DNA from: Candidatus Bathyarchaeota archaeon
Lineage (GTDB): Archaea > Thermoproteota > Bathyarchaeia > 40CM-2-53-6 > RBG-13-38-9
NCBI GenBank assembly: GCA_963807605.1
Contig: CAWECG010000003.1
Location: 1,024,001 to 1,088,000, forward strand
DNA length: 64,000 bases
Reading direction: 5' to 3'
The notes below the pieces were generated by a model. It was not told the DNA's origin and searched no databases. It saw only the letters and a program-made list of their open reading frames with translations. This document shows, piece after piece, positions 59,314 through 64,000 of the stretch. The translations under genes and the position numbers were made by a program. Positions within the stretch are counted from its first letter, which is position 1, and every line of letters starts with the position of its first letter.

Positions 59314-59426
59314 TGGTGGACCGGGCGGGATTTGAACCCGCGACCTTCCGGTTTCTTGATAGACGCTTGCAAACCGGACGTTCCTTGGTCTATCTAAACT
59401 AGCATACCAAACTGAACTACCGGCCC
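59314..59426 (-). tRNA. tRNA-Ala(TGC) with two introns (D-arm near 21/22, and 37/38)
   Basis: GGGCCGG/CCGGTCC acceptor with G3:U70, TTTGCA loop, ACCA end. Confidence 0.9.
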
Positions 59427-59584
59427 ACATTCTCTGTCTAGGTGATAACCTCCACAATTTAATCTTTCTTTGTTTTTTGTAGGCAAGATCCATTTGTTGT
59501 CTATACCTCGCAATTCTTCTCATGATTCATATCGATGATTAATTCATGGTTAGGGTTTCACAACGCCTAGGTGGTTCAGACAGA

Positions 59585-59880
59585 GTACGTGGGTTGCCCT
59601 GACAGTCACAAACATAGGGACATCCATGGTCACTTTGGACTCCAGCATACTGATCGTTGGTTTGCCAATCCTGCTGAATGAGCTAAACGCATCTCTAGTT
59701 CACGGCGTCTGGATAATTCCACGGCATCTGGATAATTACGGGCTACAGGCGAGCCATTACAATCCTTCTGGTGGCAATAGGATAGATTGCCGACATGCTC
59801 AGCAGGGTAAGACTCTACGTTTTGGGATTCGCAGTCTTAACACTTGCTTCGGCAATATGTGGCTGGTCGCAGAGTGGCGC
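59585..59880 (+). pseudogene. EmrB/QacA-type MFS transporter N-terminal remnant
   Basis: MVTLDSSILIVGLP...WII, an internal ~19-bp tandem duplication, in-frame stop in AIG*IADMLSR. Confidence 0.7.
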
Positions 59881-59940
59881 GCGCTATCAAGCGAAAGCTC
59901 TTTGGAACTGCACACGGTCGGATGACTAAGTTGAGATGAG

Positions 59941-60088
59941 GGCCGCCGCGGGGAGTTTCACATCAACTCAGGATGTTTTGAACCCCGCCTCCAGGCTCCA
60001 TTGGCCAAGGCCTTTCCTGGGCCTTTCAGGCCTGTACGCTACCAAGCTCCGCAGAGATTTGCTAGGTCCCTTCTACGTTACGGCGGCC
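59941..60088 (-). tRNA. tRNA-His(GTG) with three introns (15/16, 34/35, 59/60)
   Basis: Encoded G-1, C73, 4-nt variable loop; removing 60001-60026 gives CAGGC-CTGTGGA-GCCTG. Confidence 0.85.
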
Positions 60089-60185
60089 ATCGTTCTCTTT
60101 TGAGGAAGCTGTGAGAAATTTAAGCGTTTAGTGAACCCAGCGGGGAATTATCTCCGACTTTATTATTCAGACTTGACAATTTCTC

Positions 60186-60743
60186 TTGAAGGTCTTGTAC
60201 TTGGACGATTTTGGAGTCTTGGTTGGTTCCAGAAGGATCTATGACGGCAAGGTCATCAGCCTAAGGATCGACAATTTTCGCTCTCCCAGCGGGAGTGTCT
60301 TCGAGCGTGAAGTTGTTGAGCATCCCGGGGCTGTTGCGATCCTACCATTTCTGGATAATGGGCAATTATTGTTAATCAGGCAGTATCGGCATGCTGCAGG
60401 CAAAGTGCTTCTTGAGATTCCTGCTGGTACGCTGGATGACCGTGAGAAGCCTGAGGATTGTGCACGACGTGAACTTGTTGAGGAGACAGGTTACGAAGCG
60501 CAGGTTATGAAAGAAGTACTAAGTTGCTTCTTGGCGCCTGGTTACAGTAGTGAGAAGATTCACATCTTCCTCGCATCCAAGCTGAGGATGGTGGGTTCTA
60601 GGCACGAGATCGACGAGTCGATTGAAATTGAGCCGACAGATGTTAAGAGGGCTGAAGCCATGATAAACAATGGAGAGATAATTGATGCTAAGACCATAGC
60701 TGGGATAGCCTTCTTTCTATTGACAAAAGGCTCGCGAAGATGA
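60186..60743 (+). CDS. NUDIX hydrolase (ADP-ribose pyrophosphatase-like)
   Basis: REVVEHPGAV, EIPAG, ARRELVEETG, DAKT. Confidence 0.92.
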   Translation: MKVLYLDDFGVLVGSRRIYDGKVISLRIDNFRSPSGSVFEREVVEHPGAVAILPFLDNGQLLLIRQYRHAAGKVLLEIPAGTLDDREKPEDCARRELVEETGYEAQVMKEVLSCFLAPGYSSEKIHIFLASKLRMVGSRHEIDESIEIEPTDVKRAEAMINNGEIIDAKTIAGIAFFLLTKGSRR

Positions 60744-60784
60744 ATCCCAAGGTTTATTTTTTGACTAGATAGATTCATGTTGGT

Positions 60785-60950
60785 GCGGGGGTACCCGAGA
60801 CCTCGCAGAAGTTTGCGAGGCAGGAATCAGGCCAAAGGGGCAGGGTTACAGGCAAGCAAGCCTGTAATGCCAGACTTAAGATCCTCACAAAAGGTATGAG
60901 CCATCCTGTGGCGTAGGCCTTCGTGGGTTCGAATCCCACTCCCCGCACCA
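60785..60950 (+). tRNA. tRNA-Leu(TAA) with three introns (15/16, 30/31, 37/38)
   Basis: GCGGGGG/TCCCCGC-ACCA acceptor, long variable arm, spliced anticodon arm CAGGA-CTTAAGA-TCCTG. Confidence 0.9.
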
Positions 60951-61205
60951 ATCTAATGGTACTCGTAAATACCATTTCCAGCGCAATTAACGTGCGCCAG
61001 TAAGTTCACGGACAGCGCCAAGAATGTAGTTTCGACGAACAATCCCGAAAGCCTGAGGAAGCATTCAAGACACGGACAATGCTAAAACAAAGAAATCCGC
61101 AAAGCGATCTGTGGCATCACAGCTATTCCTTAGAAGCAGGCATCAACACGTTTTCTTGCTGGTAAACTGGTGCATGTGCATGATTCCGTCCCAGACCATT
61201 TTATT

Positions 61206-61649
61206 CTATGTAGTCTTCCTCCTGCACCTTTCACAGATACCATAAATGTCTAGGCGTTGGCCTGTGACGGTGAACCTTGCGGTTGCAGCTGCTCTTGCAA
61301 TAGTCTCTCGTGCGCCTCGATCATCGATGTCGTTAACGGCCCCACATCGCAAGCAAACAACGTTCAGGTGAGGCTTCATATACGAGTCGAATCGTGACAC
61401 GCTATTCGAAAAAGGCAATTCTTGGACTAATTGCAGCTTTTTGAGCACTTGAAGTGTCTTGTAAACTGTGGCAAGGCTGACGGTGGGATGTTCTTTCTTA
61501 ACTTCTCCGTAGATTCCTTTTGCTGTAGGATGCTCTCGACTAGAGAGTGCGAGCCGGCAGATGGCTATTCTCTGCGATGTTGCCTTGTATCCTTTCCGAC
61601 GGAGTGCTTCAATTATCAACTGATCAGATGATATCTCACTGAGCCTCAT
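61206..61649 (-). CDS. Fur/PerR family regulator
   Basis: TSQR, HPTA, SLATVYKTL, two CxxC motifs; divergent from catalase. Confidence 0.92.
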   Translation of the reverse strand: MRLSEISSDQLIIEALRRKGYKATSQRIAICRLALSSREHPTAKGIYGEVKKEHPTVSLATVYKTLQVLKKLQLVQELPFSNSVSRFDSYMKPHLNVVCLRCGAVNDIDDRGARETIARAAATARFTVTGQRLDIYGICERCRRKTT

Positions 61650-61660
61650 TTTGCTCGTTC

Positions 61661-61676
61661 GTTATTATCTAATAAC
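61661..61676. promoter_or_regulatory. Candidate PerR/Fur operator
   Basis: Palindrome GTTATT-ATCT-AATAAC between the divergent regulator and catalase genes. Confidence 0.55.
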
Positions 61677-61730
61677 CACTCTTAAATATTTCAAGAAAAG
61701 AATCTCTACTTGAAATGTGGTAATGGAATC

Positions 61731-63179
61731 ATGAGCGGAAAAAAACAGTTGACGACGAATCAGGGAGTTCCGATCACTGACAACCAGAACTCGTTGACCG
61801 TCGGTGAACGTGGGCCGGTGTTGTTACAAGATGTCGAATTCATCGAGAAGATGGCCCATTTTGACAGAGAGCGTATTCCCGAAAGGGTTGTCCACGCTAA
61901 GGGAGCAGGCGCACATGGATATTTTCAGGTTTACAAGAGCATGGCACGTTACACTAAAGCGAAATTCCTCCAAGATCCGAAAAAGAAGACTCCTGTATTC
62001 GTAAGGTTCTCCACTGTTACAGGAGGACGGGGTTCTGCAGATACAGTAAGAGATCCACGGGGCTTTGCCGTCAAATTCTATACCGAAGACGGAAATTACG
62101 ACCTGGTAGGGAACAACCTGCCCGTGTTCTTCATTCGTGACGCCATAAAGTTTCCAGATATGGTTCACGCCTTCAAGGGCGCACCAGATAACAATATTCC
62201 ATCAGCCTCTTCCGCACATGACAGTTTTTGGGATTTTATCTCGCTGACACCTGAATCGACCCACATGATTATCTGGCTATTCACCGACCGCGGGACACCA
62301 AGAAGTTACAGGATGATGGAGGGCTTCGGTGTTAACACCTATCTATGGGTGAATTCTGACGGAAAGCCGACCTATGTCAAATACCATTGGAAACCGAAAG
62401 CGGGGGTACAGTGCCTTGACCGTCATGAAGCAACTCGACTGGCCGGTGCGGACCCCGACTACCTTACGCGTGATCTCTGGAATACTATTGCTGGCGGAGG
62501 AGAAGTCGAGTATGACCTCTACGTCCAGCTTATGGAAATCGCTGACGAATTAAAACAAGAATTCGATCCACTTGACCCTACAAAGACTTGGCCTGAGGAT
62601 AAACTCCCGCTAATACCAGTGGGCAAAATGGTGCTAAATCGTAACCATAACAACTTCTTTGCTGAGGTCGAACAGGCAGCCTTCTGCCCCGCCAGTATCG
62701 TTCCAGGAATAGAGTTTTCTGCTGACAAGTTACTTCAAGGCCGAACATTTTCCTATGCAGATACTCAACGCCATCGATTAGGACCGAACTACCTACAACT
62801 TCCCATTAACAAGCCAATAGTCGAGGTCAACAATAGCCAGCGTGATGGAGCAATGCAGTTGGGTAATTTTAGCGGGCCAGTCAATTATGAGCCCAGCAGC
62901 ATAGCTGATGGTTCACCCGTGGAGGCTCCAGCGGGCACGCCACACATATATCGAGTTGAGGGAGAAATCACTCGTCAGAAAATTAATAAGACTAACGACT
63001 TCGGGCAAGCTGGGGAAAAGTATCGTTCTCTTAGTAAGACAGACAAAGAGCACCTAGTGGATAACCTAATCGCCGATCTTATGCACGTTGATAAACCGAT
63101 TCAACAGCGAGCAATTGAGAATCTGACTAAGGCTGACCCTGATTTAGGTAAATCCGTGGCTGCAGGTTTGAAACGTTAG
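61731..63179 (+). CDS. katA: Monofunctional heme catalase
   Basis: FDRERIPERVVHAKG, RDPRGFA, GRTFSYADTQR. Confidence 0.96.
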   Translation: MSGKKQLTTNQGVPITDNQNSLTVGERGPVLLQDVEFIEKMAHFDRERIPERVVHAKGAGAHGYFQVYKSMARYTKAKFLQDPKKKTPVFVRFSTVTGGRGSADTVRDPRGFAVKFYTEDGNYDLVGNNLPVFFIRDAIKFPDMVHAFKGAPDNNIPSASSAHDSFWDFISLTPESTHMIIWLFTDRGTPRSYRMMEGFGVNTYLWVNSDGKPTYVKYHWKPKAGVQCLDRHEATRLAGADPDYLTRDLWNTIAGGGEVEYDLYVQLMEIADELKQEFDPLDPTKTWPEDKLPLIPVGKMVLNRNHNNFFAEVEQAAFCPASIVPGIEFSADKLLQGRTFSYADTQRHRLGPNYLQLPINKPIVEVNNSQRDGAMQLGNFSGPVNYEPSSIADGSPVEAPAGTPHIYRVEGEITRQKINKTNDFGQAGEKYRSLSKTDKEHLVDNLIADLMHVDKPIQQRAIENLTKADPDLGKSVAAGLKR

Positions 63180-63353
63180 AGTTCGCACAGAAACTTCACA
63201 ACCAACTTCCACCAACAGCACTGTGGGATACAACAGCACGTATCCCCCGTCCCACATTCGAGGTTCGAACAGGCACGCCAATACAGATGAAGCGCGCGCT
63301 AGAAGACATACCGACTACGCGCGCGCGTACTAGATGAAGAGGCTTCCTCGAAA

Positions 63354-64000
63354 TTACACTAGACCTGGAAAAAGATCCAATACTCTCAACATTAATCCTC
63401 CGATCAGTATTGCAAAGCCAATCTCGAAGAGGGTTATTGCGAGGGCTCTCTTGGTGCCGAACTGTCTGATCAATACGGTGATAGTTGCCAAACAAGGAAC
63501 ATATAGCATTATGACCGTGGCGTACACGATCATCTGTATTCCTGTCAAAACAGTGGCAAAGTTTGAGGTACCTACCAGTGCCGCCAACATGACAAGTGTT
63601 AACTCCTTTCGTAAGATGCCGAAGATGAGGGGTGTCATTGTTATTGCCGGTAGTCCAAGCCAAGAGACAGTAATCGGGCTGAAGGCTTGATCGAGGATTG
63701 GCAGAATGTCCAGTAAACTGAGCAGTTTAAGAACCAAGTTCCCGACGATTATGAGTGGAAACGCTACCCAAACGAATTCTTGAAGTCTGAACCAAGTTTG
63801 CTTCAGTGTTACCTCAAGTGAAGGCATTTTGTACGACGGCATCTCCATTATCAGACCGATTGGTTCCCCCGGTAGCACTTTGAAGGCAAGTCGCCCGAGG
63901 ACGAATATTATCATGAGATCGAAGGCGTACAGGAATAGGGCCCATTTCAGTCCGACGTATCTACCAACGAGACCCAGAATGATAACGGTTCTCGCTGCAC
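63354..64000 (-). CDS. feoB: Ferrous iron transporter B, C-terminal part
   Basis: MEMPSY..P, GILRKE, LYVPCLAT. Confidence 0.9.
   Translation of the reverse strand, partial: AARTVIILGLVGRYVGLKWALFLYAFDLMIIFVLGRLAFKVLPGEPIGLIMEMPSYKMPSLEVTLKQTWFRLQEFVWVAFPLIIVGNLVLKLLSLLDILPILDQAFSPITVSWLGLPAITMTPLIFGILRKELTLVMLAALVGTSNFATVLTGIQMIVYATVIMLYVPCLATITVLIRQFGTKRALAITLFEIGFAILIGGLMLRVLDLFPGLV

Noticed and set aside
59941-60088. tRNA-Phe(GAA) call
   Set aside because: Splice geometry, G-1, C73 and the variable loop all support His(GTG)

Overview
Archaeal chromosomal window. The rRNA style, the tRNA-free 16S-23S spacer, the absence of a linked 5S and the gene content point to a TACK/Thermoproteota lineage, plausibly Bathyarchaeia-like (inference). 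It holds riboflavin/F420 genes (amidohydrolase-arfC-cofG-cofH), thiamine salvage (thiW, truncated cytX, thiDN), housekeeping genes (thyA, tiaS, nnr, tsr3, cobO, purO, pantoate kinase, cimA, argGH, cysK, larC), a 16S-23S operon followed directly by the RNase P RNA gene, a corrinoid methyltransferase pair, an octaheme HAO-family cytochrome, two IS elements and a PerR-catalase-feoB cluster. The strongest observations: (1) the 23S peptidyl-transferase centre has about 11 substitutions at normally conserved positions, in perfect register; (2) all five tRNAs carry 2-3 introns (13 in total), including a tRNA-His whose anticodon is split by an intron, so the unspliced gene reads GAA; (3) a decayed casposon-like island with a Cas1-solo remnant and a 23-bp inverted repeat pair starts just after the RNase P gene; (4) a helically phased, roughly dyad-symmetric AAGCTT array; (5) two distinct IS elements share GCGC flanks. 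Many single-base homopolymer frameshifts suggest long-read assembly errors. All calls are by eye; no searches were run.
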